Virus record (IMG/VR): IMGVR_UViG_3300023296_001674
Reading direction: 5' to 3' (one strand)
DNA length: 64,000 nt
DNA from: a virus
Part shown: positions 1 to 8,989 of the stretch, in pieces
Layout of the letters: every line of letters begins with the position of its first letter
Position numbering within the stretch: the stretch's first letter is position 1
Notes under the pieces: generated by a model
What the model saw: the letters and a program-made list of their open reading frames with translations, nothing else
Told to the model about the DNA's origin: nothing
Database searches by the model: none
Position numbers and translations under genes: made by a program

Positions 1-2
1 CG

Positions 3-1748
3 ACACACCTTAATAATGCTCCAGTAGGCGCTACAATTGGATTGCCACCAGGATTAACGGTTAGTGCATCTGGTATATTAAGTGGATTTTCAACGGTGAC
101 TATAGATACAATATTCTCATTTGAAGTTACAGTATTTGATGGCAGTGCTAATGTACAACAACAATTTACAATAACAATAACCGATAACGCAGCAACGTCG
201 AGCGAGTTGAGTTCATTGAATGTTAGATTAACAGGCAATATTAATAAAGAATTTAAAAATTGGAATACTTCAGATTTGATTTATGACGTAGAGTTATTTG
301 CCGCTGATATTGAGGGATTTGGCAGAGTTGTTGAACCAGATGTATATGTAATGAATAATATACATTCGTTAAATCCTACAACAATTGCAGAGTCATTCAA
401 TATGCATCACAAAACATTTGATTCGCTGATTGGTATGCCAACATTTGCAGTTGTTCGTGATGTAAATGATAATATTATATATGAAGTAGTATATGTTAAT
501 ATAATAGACCCGCAACTTGGATCGTCATTTGATATAATAGATGATTATTCAATGCGCGATGATTCATTAATATTGTCTCCTAAAACAGTTTCACAGAGTT
601 TCACGCATCTTCGCACAGAGCTTCAGGTATTGCCAAATTCTGATGAATTACCCAGTTGGATGAGCGCCGAACAAATATTGGGTGATTCTTCTTCGATTAT
701 TGGGTATAATCCTTCGCTTGTATTAGCATATGTTAAACCAGGATTTGGCGATATTATAATAGATCGTTTGAATACGATAGAAACAACAACTGTTATTACA
801 CCAGCATCTGAAACCACATTCGACGATACTGCGGTATTCGGTGATGAATTTTCACCCGTAGTTAGTCCGGGCGATACATTAACAATCAAAAATGGCACAG
901 CGGCAATGGAAACCGTAACATTTAATGCACCTGGAACATTGTTACAAATAGTACAAGATATTAATGACGAAACCATAGACGGCGTTCACGCCGCAGTAAG
1001 AATAATAGAGCAATTTATTCCAGACAGTCCACCAGCCACTTGGCCAGGAACATTTCAAATAGGTCAAGTATTAGTATTAACATATGATGAAAAAACTATA
1101 GATTTGGGTGGCACCGCATTAACTATTTTGGGATTACCCGCTGTTGGAAGAGAAACATTATGGGATGATGGCACCTCTTTTGATGCATCCACGGGTACGG
1201 AAATTATAATTACTAAAGGTTTAGGATATCAACTTACTGGTCGAAATTTAATCATAGATCGTTATTTATTTGAAGATAATTCATCAGCAGTAACAGACCT
1301 TACTAGTTTTGATGGTGCTACAACGACATTTGACGGCAATTCTACAGCATTCGATTTAGTATTTGGAGTACAAAAATGGATTAAATTCAATTCAGATATA
1401 GATAATCCAGTATGGATAACAAACAAAGGTGTGATTGGCGGTTTTGATACTGGTGATACAGTGTCTATTCAACTAGAAACTGTTAATGATTCTGGTTTGA
1501 CTATATCTTATTCATTAATTTATGGTGCGCTACCAGATGGTTTAACATTAGATAGCGATGGATTGATAAGTGGAACAATAACAGGTAGTTTATACACTTC
1601 TATCTATTTTGTGGTGCACGCAATTGATTCAGATGGTAATTTTTCTGATAGAGGATTTGAGATCGTTGTTGATGGACCAACCACATTCGACACCAATCTG
1701 ACAACATTTACCGATTTGGGCGTTCCAATGACTTTGGATGTTACATAA
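3..1748 (+). CDS. structural protein with Ig-like repeat modules (putative tail fibre/baseplate component); 5' end runs off the window
   Basis: Reading frame stays open upstream of the listed start to position 3. Motifs LPPGLTVSASGILSG and LPDGLTLDSDGLISGTITG resemble the bacterial putative-Ig/cadherin-like domain. T/S/D/G-rich beta-type composition. Confidence 0.5.
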   Translation, partial: THLNNAPVGATIGLPPGLTVSASGILSGFSTVTIDTIFSFEVTVFDGSANVQQQFTITITDNAATSSELSSLNVRLTGNINKEFKNWNTSDLIYDVELFAADIEGFGRVVEPDVYVMNNIHSLNPTTIAESFNMHHKTFDSLIGMPTFAVVRDVNDNIIYEVVYVNIIDPQLGSSFDIIDDYSMRDDSLILSPKTVSQSFTHLRTELQVLPNSDELPSWMSAEQILGDSSSIIGYNPSLVLAYVKPGFGDIIIDRLNTIETTTVITPASETTFDDTAVFGDEFSPVVSPGDTLTIKNGTAAMETVTFNAPGTLLQIVQDINDETIDGVHAAVRIIEQFIPDSPPATWPGTFQIGQVLVLTYDEKTIDLGGTALTILGLPAVGRETLWDDGTSFDASTGTEIIITKGLGYQLTGRNLIIDRYLFEDNSSAVTDLTSFDGATTTFDGNSTAFDLVFGVQKWIKFNSDIDNPVWITNKGVIGGFDTGDTVSIQLETVNDSGLTISYSLIYGALPDGLTLDSDGLISGTITGSLYTSIYFVVHAIDSDGNFSDRGFEIVVDGPTTFDTNLTTFTDLGVPMTLDVT

Positions 1749-1790
1749 ATATAATAAATAGTTTATAGGTTAAACACGGAGAAAATAACG

Positions 1791-2909
1791 ATGTCCATTA
1801 CTGAAATAAATTTAATTGATGAAGCTTTTCCTATCGCCGGAATAGATCAACCATCTGACGGATATAGAGATAACTTTAACAATATTAAAATATCATTGAC
1901 TGATCTGGATACAGCAGTCATCACCGAAATGGATGATATTAGTGATGTTGATACAACTAGTGTTGCGCCCATATTAAATGATATATTCACATTTGATAGC
2001 ACAAATTGGGTTCCTATAGCATTCGAGATTGTGAATGATATTACCCCACAATTAGGTGGATTATTAGACCTTAATGGATTTGGATTGGGTGATGGAACAA
2101 ATATTATTATTAGTTTAGTTGAAGCTGCTACCCCTGTTAACTATCTTGCTTTTGGTAATGCGGATACGGGCGTTTCGCCTATCATTGCATCGATTGGCAC
2201 AGATACAGATGTTGGATTAGTATTAAAACCAAAAAATGCTGGTAAAGTAACCATAAGTTCAGATGATGCAGAAGCAGATATAACAACCGATGGAGTTTTG
2301 CCGTTGTTAATTAGACCTGCTAATTCATTGACATTGCGTTCTGGTGGTAATACATCGGGTAATGGTTATTCCACTGTACTTCGCGGTGGTGATAGCACAG
2401 GTGGCGATGGTGATGGTGGTGAAGTAATTATTAAACCTGGCGTATTCGATGGTTCTGGTAGTCAAGGCGGCGTGACGGTTAGAGATGAAACAGATGATGA
2501 AATAATTAGATTTAGAGGAACAAGCACAGGTACACCAGTAAATTCAATTTTGATTGTTAACTCTATAACCACAGAAGGACCAGCATTGTTAACAATTGGC
2601 GACGACGCCAATGTAGATTTTCTTATTGTTCCCAAAGGAACTGGAAAATTAGATGTTTCTGGTATTTTATATCCAAACACCGATGGAACAACTGATGGCG
2701 ATGTTATGAAAACTGATGCTGCTGGTGTTCTTTCGTTTGACGCACCAACCGATTTAGGTGAATTTACAGTTGCTGGCTTGCCTGCTGCTGCTACGAATGC
2801 CGATTCATGGGCGCTGGCAACAGATGCTAGTGGCGGAAGAACAATCGTGCGTAGCGATGGCACCGCATGGAAGGTGATAGCGTTAGAGAGTGCAACAGTA
2901 GTAACATAA
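1791..2909 (+). CDS. putative tail fibre/structural protein (Gly-rich beta-structure)
   Basis: 372 aa with GGDGDGGEV and GSGSQGG tracts. N-terminal motif AGIDQPSDGYRDNFNNIKISL is shared with the next ORF. SD-like GGAG lies upstream. Confidence 0.45.
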   Translation: MSITEINLIDEAFPIAGIDQPSDGYRDNFNNIKISLTDLDTAVITEMDDISDVDTTSVAPILNDIFTFDSTNWVPIAFEIVNDITPQLGGLLDLNGFGLGDGTNIIISLVEAATPVNYLAFGNADTGVSPIIASIGTDTDVGLVLKPKNAGKVTISSDDAEADITTDGVLPLLIRPANSLTLRSGGNTSGNGYSTVLRGGDSTGGDGDGGEVIIKPGVFDGSGSQGGVTVRDETDDEIIRFRGTSTGTPVNSILIVNSITTEGPALLTIGDDANVDFLIVPKGTGKLDVSGILYPNTDGTTDGDVMKTDAAGVLSFDAPTDLGEFTVAGLPAAATNADSWALATDASGGRTIVRSDGTAWKVIALESATVVT

Positions 2910-2913
2910 GGCA

Positions 2914-2921
2914 TATAAATA
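2914..2921 (+). promoter_or_regulatory. T4 late-type promoter box TATAAATA
   Basis: Exact TATAAATA ends 3 nt before the ATG of the 2925 structural gene. Confidence 0.45.
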
Positions 2922-2924
2922 TAA

Positions 2925-3227
2925 ATGGCTTCTTCAATAATAGAAACAGACCCACAATCAGGTATAGATCAACCAGCATCAGTTGTTAGAAATAATTTTG
3001 TTCGAGCGAAAATCGAAATAGAAGAGTTGCAGGATGAAAAAATTAATAAATCAGGCGACACTATGTCAGGATTGTTAAAACTTGCTGCCTTAAATATTGC
3101 TGAACTCCCCGATCCAGCAACAAACTTAGCAGGTATTGCAGTAGTAACAGACTCTGGCCCTAACCCTATTCCAGTTTATAGTAATGGTATAGCTTGGCTT
3201 AAATTTTCGGATGATTCTGCTATATAA
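2925..3227 (+). CDS. small structural/adaptor protein sharing the N-terminal GIDQP...NF module with the preceding fibre-like protein
   Basis: N-terminus SGIDQPASVVRNNFVRAKIEIEEL parallels AGIDQPSDGYRDNFNNIKISL of the upstream ORF. Late promoter directly upstream. Confidence 0.4.
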   Translation: MASSIIETDPQSGIDQPASVVRNNFVRAKIEIEELQDEKINKSGDTMSGLLKLAALNIAELPDPATNLAGIAVVTDSGPNPIPVYSNGIAWLKFSDDSAI

Positions 3228-3228
3228 A

Positions 3229-3257
3229 TTGACATTAATACAGTAATCATGTAGTAT
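3229..3257 (+). promoter_or_regulatory. sigma70-type early promoter (TTGACA-N17-TAGTAT) containing the ATGTAGTAT word
   Basis: TTGACA at 3229-3234, 17-nt spacer, TAGTAT at 3252-3257. The MazG-like gene starts at 3290. Confidence 0.5.
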
Positions 3258-3289
3258 TCATCAAATAATTAAACTAAAGGTGAATAATA

Positions 3290-3727
3290 ATGACTGATTT
3301 AAACAATACATTTAAACAATATCAAACATTCGTAGAGGGTGTAACTAGTGAAACAAGTAAAGATACTGAAATGTTTCAAAAACGCATTACAGAATTAGAA
3401 CAAGCTGGTATTAATTTTGCAGAATTTGATACTGCTATTGCTGGCATCGGCGGTGAAGCGGGTGAGATTGGCGATTTATGGAAAAAATTAAAATATCATG
3501 GTAAGCCATGGAATGAAGAAAATAGACAAAATTTTATTGACGAAGCAGGAGATATGTTTTGGTATCTAGCAAAATATATGCAATCATTGAATATCACGAT
3601 AGAAGAAGTATTAGATAGAAATGTTGCAAAATTAGAATCGAGATATCCCGGTGGAACTTTTTCAATAGAACGATCAGAAGTTCGTGATAGAGAAATTGAT
3701 CCGAGTTACGAAGGTAAAAATACATAA
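3290..3727 (+). CDS. mazG: MazG-like nucleoside triphosphate pyrophosphohydrolase
   Basis: Two EExxE-type metal-binding helices (EAGEIGDLWKK and EEAGDMFWYLAKY) typical of the all-alpha NTP-PPase fold. SD AAAGGTGA upstream. Confidence 0.65.
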   Translation: MTDLNNTFKQYQTFVEGVTSETSKDTEMFQKRITELEQAGINFAEFDTAIAGIGGEAGEIGDLWKKLKYHGKPWNEENRQNFIDEAGDMFWYLAKYMQSLNITIEEVLDRNVAKLESRYPGGTFSIERSEVRDREIDPSYEGKNT

Positions 3728-3740
3728 GAGGTATTTAAAA

Positions 3741-4025
3741 ATGCATCCAGGTTTAGAAAAAGAAAAAGCAAGCGAAATGTCTATAGAAGATTGTCACGAA
3801 AAGATAACTGAAATAGATAGACGCATGGGAATAGCATATCAATTAACGCACACTGACGTATTGCCGCAAATGCGATTATTAAAAGAGCATTATCAAATGA
3901 TAATAAAAGATAAAATGGACGCAGAGATGCAAGAAATGATAGATTCTGATCCTAAACTTGGACGCACCGTTATTGATATAGATTGGCCCGATCCTGCTGA
4001 TGAAGAAGATGAAGACACGTTTTAA
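3741..4025 (+). CDS. hypothetical acidic protein
   Basis: Listed ORF 3684-4025 trimmed to the first ATG after the MazG stop. SD GAGGTA precedes it. Confidence 0.4.
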   Translation: MHPGLEKEKASEMSIEDCHEKITEIDRRMGIAYQLTHTDVLPQMRLLKEHYQMIIKDKMDAEMQEMIDSDPKLGRTVIDIDWPDPADEEDEDTF

Positions 4026-4026
4026 C

Positions 4027-4056
4027 TTGACAGGTGTATAACAAATATATTATATT
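4027..4056 (+). promoter_or_regulatory. sigma70-type early promoter (TTGACA-N17/18-TATATT)
   Basis: TTGACA at 4027-4032 and TATATT around 4050-4056. SD AAGAGGAT and GTG/ATG start at 4081/4084. Confidence 0.45.
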
Positions 4057-4080
4057 TGTTAACTCTAAAAGAGGATAAAA

Positions 4081-4296
4081 GTGATGACAAAAGTTTCACA
4101 TGTTGTATTGAGTGCAGAAGACCAAACCAAGAAAGATATCGAATCTTTAAAAACTATATTTACTGAACATGGTATATCGATTGGGTTAAATATTTTACAT
4201 AATGCATGGTCATATAGTTTAATAGAACAATGCCATATCAATCAAAGTGTTGTACACGCAGTAGATGAATATAATACATCAGTAACGGATAAATAG
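4081..4296 (+). CDS. hypothetical protein
   Basis: 71-aa ORF directly downstream of promoter and SD. Stop overlaps the next gene start by a TAGTAGTG junction. Confidence 0.35.
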   Translation: MMTKVSHVVLSAEDQTKKDIESLKTIFTEHGISIGLNILHNAWSYSLIEQCHINQSVVHAVDEYNTSVTDK

Positions 4297-4298
4297 TA

Positions 4299-4835
4299 GT
4301 GATTAAAGAGTTAAAAGATAGATATATTGATGATATAGGCAGGGTGATAATGACCACCGATGGTCTTATTGATATGTTAATGAAGCAACAATCAATCGAA
4401 GGTTTATTGGTTGAAGAATGTGACGACACACTTAAATATAATACAAATATCGATAACAACAAACAGTTAGAAATATACTCAGACGAGAAAGCGAACGAAA
4501 CACCTGATATATATGATTCAATTGCCACAACTAGGTGGAAAACACCAGAGAAATATCAAATTGCAGATGATGCATTAGTAACGTGGTTATTTGAGAAATG
4601 TAAATCTGAAAATGAATACAACAGAGTTTTAATGGAATTAGAAATGTTTGATGATCGTGGGTTATATCCATTACTTAAACATTTAATATTTTTGGTAGAT
4701 CATTTTAGAAAAAACAATATTGTATGGGGTATAGGGCGCGGATCGAGTGTTTCATCATATATTTTATTTCTCATTGGAATACACAGAGTTAATTCGATTG
4801 ATTTTAATTTAAACATCAACGATTTTTTAAAATAA
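4299..4835 (+). CDS. DNA polymerase III alpha (DnaE)-like palm-domain fragment (no PHP, no catalytic Asp pair, no fingers)
   Basis: C-terminal 70 aa (LYPLLKHLIFLVDHFRKNNIVWGIGRGSSVSSYILFLIGIHRVNSIDFNLNINDFLK) aligns with the DnaE segment GYFLIV..F...AK.[39 protein letters not shown]. The ORF stops right before the position of the catalytic PDIDIDF motif. Confidence 0.55.
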   Translation: MIKELKDRYIDDIGRVIMTTDGLIDMLMKQQSIEGLLVEECDDTLKYNTNIDNNKQLEIYSDEKANETPDIYDSIATTRWKTPEKYQIADDALVTWLFEKCKSENEYNRVLMELEMFDDRGLYPLLKHLIFLVDHFRKNNIVWGIGRGSSVSSYILFLIGIHRVNSIDFNLNINDFLK

Positions 4836-4846
4836 GGAAAAATTAA

Positions 4847-5209
4847 ATGGTAAAAAGACATAAAAGTGCTAAAGGTGATCAAATAGATTTTGATCTTTTG
4901 CAACTTAATAATAAAGAAGTGGTAGCCATTGGTAATGCCAGCATGAATGCAAACGGCGATACATTAGGAAGGGGTGGAGTAATTGTTCGAAAAGTAGACG
5001 ATATCCCCAAATCACAATTAGCAGACCCTAATGCAGCATACAATCAACAAAATCCAAAATCGACTAAATTAGTTAGTTTAAAGAGTGCAGTTGTAGTTGA
5101 TGACGTTGTTGTAGAAGCGACACCCGAAGTGGTGGTTGAAGAAACAGTCGTTGATGAAATCGAAAAAAAGCAAAAATCTAAAAGAAAAATAATTGACAGC
5201 GAAGAGTAA
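4847..5209 (+). CDS. hypothetical protein, possibly the degenerate continuation of the DnaE-like fragment
   Basis: Begins KGDQIDFDLLQ, reminiscent of the DnaE catalytic PDIDIDF region that would follow the upstream fragment. Rest is Val/Glu-rich and non-diagnostic. Confidence 0.35.
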   Translation: MVKRHKSAKGDQIDFDLLQLNNKEVVAIGNASMNANGDTLGRGGVIVRKVDDIPKSQLADPNAAYNQQNPKSTKLVSLKSAVVVDDVVVEATPEVVVEETVVDEIEKKQKSKRKIIDSEE

Positions 5210-5222
5210 AATGTAGTATACT
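5193..5222 (+). promoter_or_regulatory. sigma70-type early promoter (TTGACA-N18-TATACT) with AAATGTAGTAT word
   Basis: TTGACA at 5193-5198 and TATACT at 5217-5222. Gene starts at 5255. Confidence 0.45.
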
Positions 5223-5254
5223 TCATTATAATAAAGTATTAATGGAGTATACAA

Positions 5255-5644
5255 ATGGCTACCGATTTTGATTATAGTACAACTGGTGTATTAACACCAA
5301 TTCGCGATCATGTTATAGTTACAGAAATGGACAACGAAGATGAGCGAATAGTTAACGGCATCATTCTGTTAAGTGAAACAGGATCAGACCGTGGCATCCA
5401 CCCAAGACAAGCATATGTAACCGCAGTAGGGCCAGATCAATCAGATGTGGCACCCGGCGATTGGATATTGGTCGAACACGGACGATGGACACGTGGTGTA
5501 AAATTAGACGATGGAAATATATATCGCAAAGTTGACCCATCTTGCATATTGGGAATAACTGGCGATAAGACTGACGATCTTCAGGTAATGGGCGACAAAG
5601 TTGTTAATAATTCTAGACATAATATGGGCGGGTTTGACGAATAA
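5255..5644 (+). CDS. 31: GroES-like co-chaperonin (T4 gp31-like)
   Basis: TPIRDHVIV...GIILLSETG...VTAVGPDQSDVAPGDWIL matches the GroES/gp31 pattern (LPIRAVGEYVILV...GLIIG...VVHSVGPDVPEG..EVGD). Confidence 0.55.
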   Translation: MATDFDYSTTGVLTPIRDHVIVTEMDNEDERIVNGIILLSETGSDRGIHPRQAYVTAVGPDQSDVAPGDWILVEHGRWTRGVKLDDGNIYRKVDPSCILGITGDKTDDLQVMGDKVVNNSRHNMGGFDE

Positions 5645-5695
5645 ATCAAACGATTATACCAGTAAGTTATAACCCCCAATAAAGAGAAATAAAGT

Positions 5696-6619
5696 ATGTC
5701 AATTAAAGAATTATGGACCGAAAAATATCGTCCAAAACGAATCGAAGATTATGTATTTCGTGATGAAAAACAGAAAAAACAAATAGAAGCATGGGTTTCA
5801 GAAAAAGCAATACCACATTTGCTATTATCTGGCACCCAAGGTATCGGCAAAACAACAATCGCGAAGGTTTTATTTCGTGAATTAGAAGTTCCACCAGAAG
5901 ATATATTAGAGTTGAATGCCAGTGATAACACTGGTGTTGACGATATGAGAAATCGCGTTGGTAGTTTTGCAAGCAGAATGCCATTTGGTGAATTTAGATA
6001 TATTTTATTAGATGAAGCAGATTATTTAACACCTAACTCACAAGCAGTATTGCGTGGATATTTAGAGAAATATTCGGCAACCTCGAGATTTGTGTTGACC
6101 TGCAATTACGATTATAAAATCATACCAGCATTGAAAAGTAGAACGCAAGGGTTTCATTTAGAAAAACTTGATCGTGGTGAATTCGATATTCGAATTGCTA
6201 CCATATTGGCGTCAGAAGGCGTTGAATTTGATGCATCACTTATGGATTCATTTATTGAAGCCACATATCCAGATTTGCGCAAGTGTATTAATGATTTACA
6301 ACAAAACGTCGTTGATGGAATATTGACATTACCAGTGGTAAGTTCAGGCAATGATGATTATAAAATATTAATGGTTGAATTGTTTAAAGATAAAAAAATA
6401 AGAGAAGCAAGAAAATTGATTTGCACACAAGCAAGACCAGAAGAATATGATGATATATATAGATTTTTATATCAAAACTTGCAATATTTTGGTAATGAAC
6501 AAAATCAAGAAACTGCCATTATTAAAATAAAAGAAGGTTTGGTTAATCACGCTATTTGTGCCGATCCTGAAATAAATCTTGCCGCTACAATGGTAGAACT
6601 AGGATATTTGATGGAATAA
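5696..6619 (+). CDS. 44: sliding-clamp loader ATPase subunit (T4 gp44 / RFC small-subunit-like AAA+)
   Basis: N-terminal EKYRPKRIEDYV, Walker A LLLSGTQGIGKTTIAKVL, Walker B ILLDEADYL, and RFC-box-like SRFVLTCNY. Confidence 0.8.
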   Translation: MSIKELWTEKYRPKRIEDYVFRDEKQKKQIEAWVSEKAIPHLLLSGTQGIGKTTIAKVLFRELEVPPEDILELNASDNTGVDDMRNRVGSFASRMPFGEFRYILLDEADYLTPNSQAVLRGYLEKYSATSRFVLTCNYDYKIIPALKSRTQGFHLEKLDRGEFDIRIATILASEGVEFDASLMDSFIEATYPDLRKCINDLQQNVVDGILTLPVVSSGNDDYKILMVELFKDKKIREARKLICTQARPEEYDDIYRFLYQNLQYFGNEQNQETAIIKIKEGLVNHAICADPEINLAATMVELGYLME

Positions 6620-6665
6620 TCATGAAAGAAAACGAATAGTTACACAAAAAACACGAGGACATGAT

Positions 6666-6998
6666 ATGAAATTAGTTATTATAGAAAGCCCATTCGCCGC
6701 CCCCACCGATGAAGGTGTTCAAGAAAATATTATATATGCAAGGAGATGCGTTCGTGATAGTCTTGACAAAGGTGAAGCACCAATAGCATCACATTTGCTT
6801 TATACGCAAGATGGTATATTAGACGATACGATACAACATGAACGCGATTGGGGCATAAATGCCGGATTGGCGTGGCGGAAAGTGGCTGAAGGATCGGTTG
6901 TATATACTGATAAAGGTATAACAAAAGGAATGGAATATGGCATTAAAGCCGCAGAAAGTTCTGGTATATCGGTTGAATACCGAAAACTCGATAATTAA
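6666..6998 (+). CDS. DUF4406-like / nucleoside 2-deoxyribosyltransferase-fold protein
   Basis: MKLVIIESPFAAP... start and C-terminal pattern S.GI..E...A...GISV typical of that Rossmann-like family. Weak call. Confidence 0.35.
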   Translation: MKLVIIESPFAAPTDEGVQENIIYARRCVRDSLDKGEAPIASHLLYTQDGILDDTIQHERDWGINAGLAWRKVAEGSVVYTDKGITKGMEYGIKAAESSGISVEYRKLDN

Positions 6999-7012
6999 AA
7001 AGGATAAAATAA

Positions 7013-7441
7013 ATGGTTTTTTCAAAATATGACAAAGGTCGCCCATTTTTGGTGGTAACACAAAATTCAAGACCCGCAGAAGGCGAGAATACTTCAACAA
7101 AAAACTGGGGCAAAACTGGCAAGAAAGTAATACAAGAAATGGTTTCAATTGTTGATACCGTCAAAGATAAGCATCTTTTCGAAGCCGCAGTTATTGTTGA
7201 TGTTTTACAACGACGCATCGTTAAATCAAGATTTTCTGATGATAATAGCGCCACATTAACTCATTATTTGACACAATACAAAAAAGAAATTGCTGAAGGT
7301 ATTCAGGTTTGGATGAGTAGACAATATGAAAATCAAGATGAAGCCCAAGCATTCATGGATAATCTTGATTCAGAAATAGTAAAAATGGATGTACCAACTG
7401 ATATAGTGGATGTAGTACCAGATGAAACAGTTAGCGAATAA
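7013..7441 (+). CDS. hypothetical protein
   Basis: 142-aa ORF preceded by SD AAAGGATAAAATAAATG. No recognisable motifs. Confidence 0.4.
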   Translation: MVFSKYDKGRPFLVVTQNSRPAEGENTSTKNWGKTGKKVIQEMVSIVDTVKDKHLFEAAVIVDVLQRRIVKSRFSDDNSATLTHYLTQYKKEIAEGIQVWMSRQYENQDEAQAFMDNLDSEIVKMDVPTDIVDVVPDETVSE

Positions 7442-8042
7442 TATAATACTTTGCGATATCGATGGATGCTTGCTAAATTGGCTTGATTCATTCATTGATT
7501 ATATGAAAACCCAATGGGGCTATACATGGAACCATGAATTGGGTGAGCCACATCAATATGATATGGCACCACATTTTGGAATAACACATGACGAAGTTGT
7601 TATACATATAACAAACTTCAATGTTGGGTTCTGGCAGTTTGGTGCGTTAAAACCGACTGATGGTGCACAGGATGCTATGATTAAACTTTCTGATATGGGA
7701 TATAGATTTGTTGCTATCAGCAGTTGTTCCACTGATAATAGAACTGTTGCACTTAGAAAAGCAAATTTATATAATCATTTTGGTGATATATTCGATGATG
7801 TGCACTGTATTGACATACATGAAAACAAAAAATCATACTTAACAAAGCATCAACCAACGTTTTGGATTGAAGATAATTTCAACAATTGCGTTGATGGATT
7901 GCAGTATGGTCACAATTGTATACTTGTAAATAGAAATTGGAACGAAAATGATCATCATGATGAAATAACTCGATTTGATGAATGGTCGCAAATAGTTGAT
8001 TTCATTGGAGAAAATAAAAATTTTAATAAAGTCCGCACTTAA
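7422..8042 (+). CDS. HAD-superfamily 5'(3')-deoxyribonucleotidase-like phosphatase
   Basis: N-terminal IILCDIDGCLLNW is the DxDx(T/V) HAD motif I in the form seen in 5'(3')-deoxyribonucleotidases. Confidence 0.55.
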   Translation: MKQLANNIILCDIDGCLLNWLDSFIDYMKTQWGYTWNHELGEPHQYDMAPHFGITHDEVVIHITNFNVGFWQFGALKPTDGAQDAMIKLSDMGYRFVAISSCSTDNRTVALRKANLYNHFGDIFDDVHCIDIHENKKSYLTKHQPTFWIEDNFNNCVDGLQYGHNCILVNRNWNENDHHDEITRFDEWSQIVDFIGENKNFNKVRT

Positions 8043-8121
8043 TAGCACCCAATATTAGACTAAATACTATTAGGTTGAATGGCCGTTCGCCGCTTTCTTT
8101 TAACATAAGCAAAGGAGCATT

Positions 8122-8874
8122 ATGGTGACTAGACATAAAGCGAAACATAAAAAAAACAACCAAGGAAATCAACGATCTAACGATAATATCGTTAATATCA
8201 ATGATTATAAGACCCCAACGAAGAGTAGAAAGACAAAAGTAGATATTATACCACGAAATGAAGCACAGGAAGATTATATTTTCGCAATAGAAGATTGCAG
8301 AGTTGTGTTTGGTGTTGGCCCTGCTGGCACCGGTAAAACATATATTCCGACATTGATGGCAATCAAATCCCTTAAAGCAGGCGAAGTTGAAAAAATTGTA
8401 ATGACTCGACCGATGGTAAGCGTGGATGAAGATATAGGTGCATTGCCAGGTGCATTGCCAGGTGATATTGTGGCAAAAACTGCACCATGGGCTAGACCCA
8501 TTGTTGATATATTAGAAGAATTTTACCACCCAACTCAAATAGCATCAATGATGGAATCGGGAATTATAGAATTTTCACCATTAGGATTTATGAGAGGTAG
8601 AACATTTAAGAACAGCTTTATCATCTTCGACGAAGCACAAAATGCTACCGTATCGCAGATGAAAATGGTATTAACACGGATTGGTCAAGGAAGTCAGATG
8701 GTTATTATTGGCGACTTGAACCAACATGACAGAGGATTTGAGGCGAATGGCCTTAAAGATTTTATTGATCGTTCTATTAATTCAGAAAATATCGACGTAA
8801 TCGAATTTAGCAGGGGTGACATTGAGCGCGACGAGGTTGTTGCAGATGTTCTAGAAATTTACGGCGAAGAATAA
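8122..8874 (+). CDS. phoH: PhoH-like ATPase
   Basis: Walker A VFGVGPAGTGKTYI, Walker B IIFDEAQN, plus the characteristic PhoH core (MTRPMVSVDEDIGALPG, IIGDLNQ). Confidence 0.85.
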   Translation: MVTRHKAKHKKNNQGNQRSNDNIVNINDYKTPTKSRKTKVDIIPRNEAQEDYIFAIEDCRVVFGVGPAGTGKTYIPTLMAIKSLKAGEVEKIVMTRPMVSVDEDIGALPGALPGDIVAKTAPWARPIVDILEEFYHPTQIASMMESGIIEFSPLGFMRGRTFKNSFIIFDEAQNATVSQMKMVLTRIGQGSQMVIIGDLNQHDRGFEANGLKDFIDRSINSENIDVIEFSRGDIERDEVVADVLEIYGEE

Positions 8875-8893
8875 CAAAATCTCCTAATTGGTT

Positions 8894-8920
8894 AGGTGCA
8901 GATATAAAAATTCTGCACCT
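8894..8920 (+). terminator. hairpin (8-bp stem AGGTGCAG/CTGCACCT, 11-nt loop) after phoH; weak U-tract
   Basis: Inverted repeat 8894-8901 / 8913-8920 lies 20 nt after the phoH stop and is followed by AACTATTTG. Confidence 0.35.
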
Positions 8921-8926
8921 AACTAT

Positions 8927-8955
8927 TTGACATATCATCATTTTTAGTGTATTAT
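8927..8955 (+). promoter_or_regulatory. sigma70-type early promoter (TTGACA-N17-TATTAT)
   Basis: TTGACA at 8927-8932 and TATTAT at 8950-8955, upstream of the Vsr-like endonuclease gene. Confidence 0.5.
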
Positions 8956-8989
8956 ATCGAAAATATGAGATAAATCAATAATGTTTTTT

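Noticed and set aside
623-2914. Minus-strand ORFs 623-976 and 2462-2914 inside the fibre-like genes
   Set aside because: Antisense to long, motif-bearing plus-strand structural genes. No initiation signals. Compositionally Ser/Thr/Val runs mirroring the sense strand.
3684-3740. Upstream extension of ORF 3684-4025 overlapping the MazG-like gene, and similar long 5' extensions (34817, 59550, 53292, 61024, 47711 minus)
   Set aside because: Extensions overlap upstream genes by 40-150 nt in another frame while an internal ATG with SD sits just after the upstream stop. Trimmed to the internal starts.
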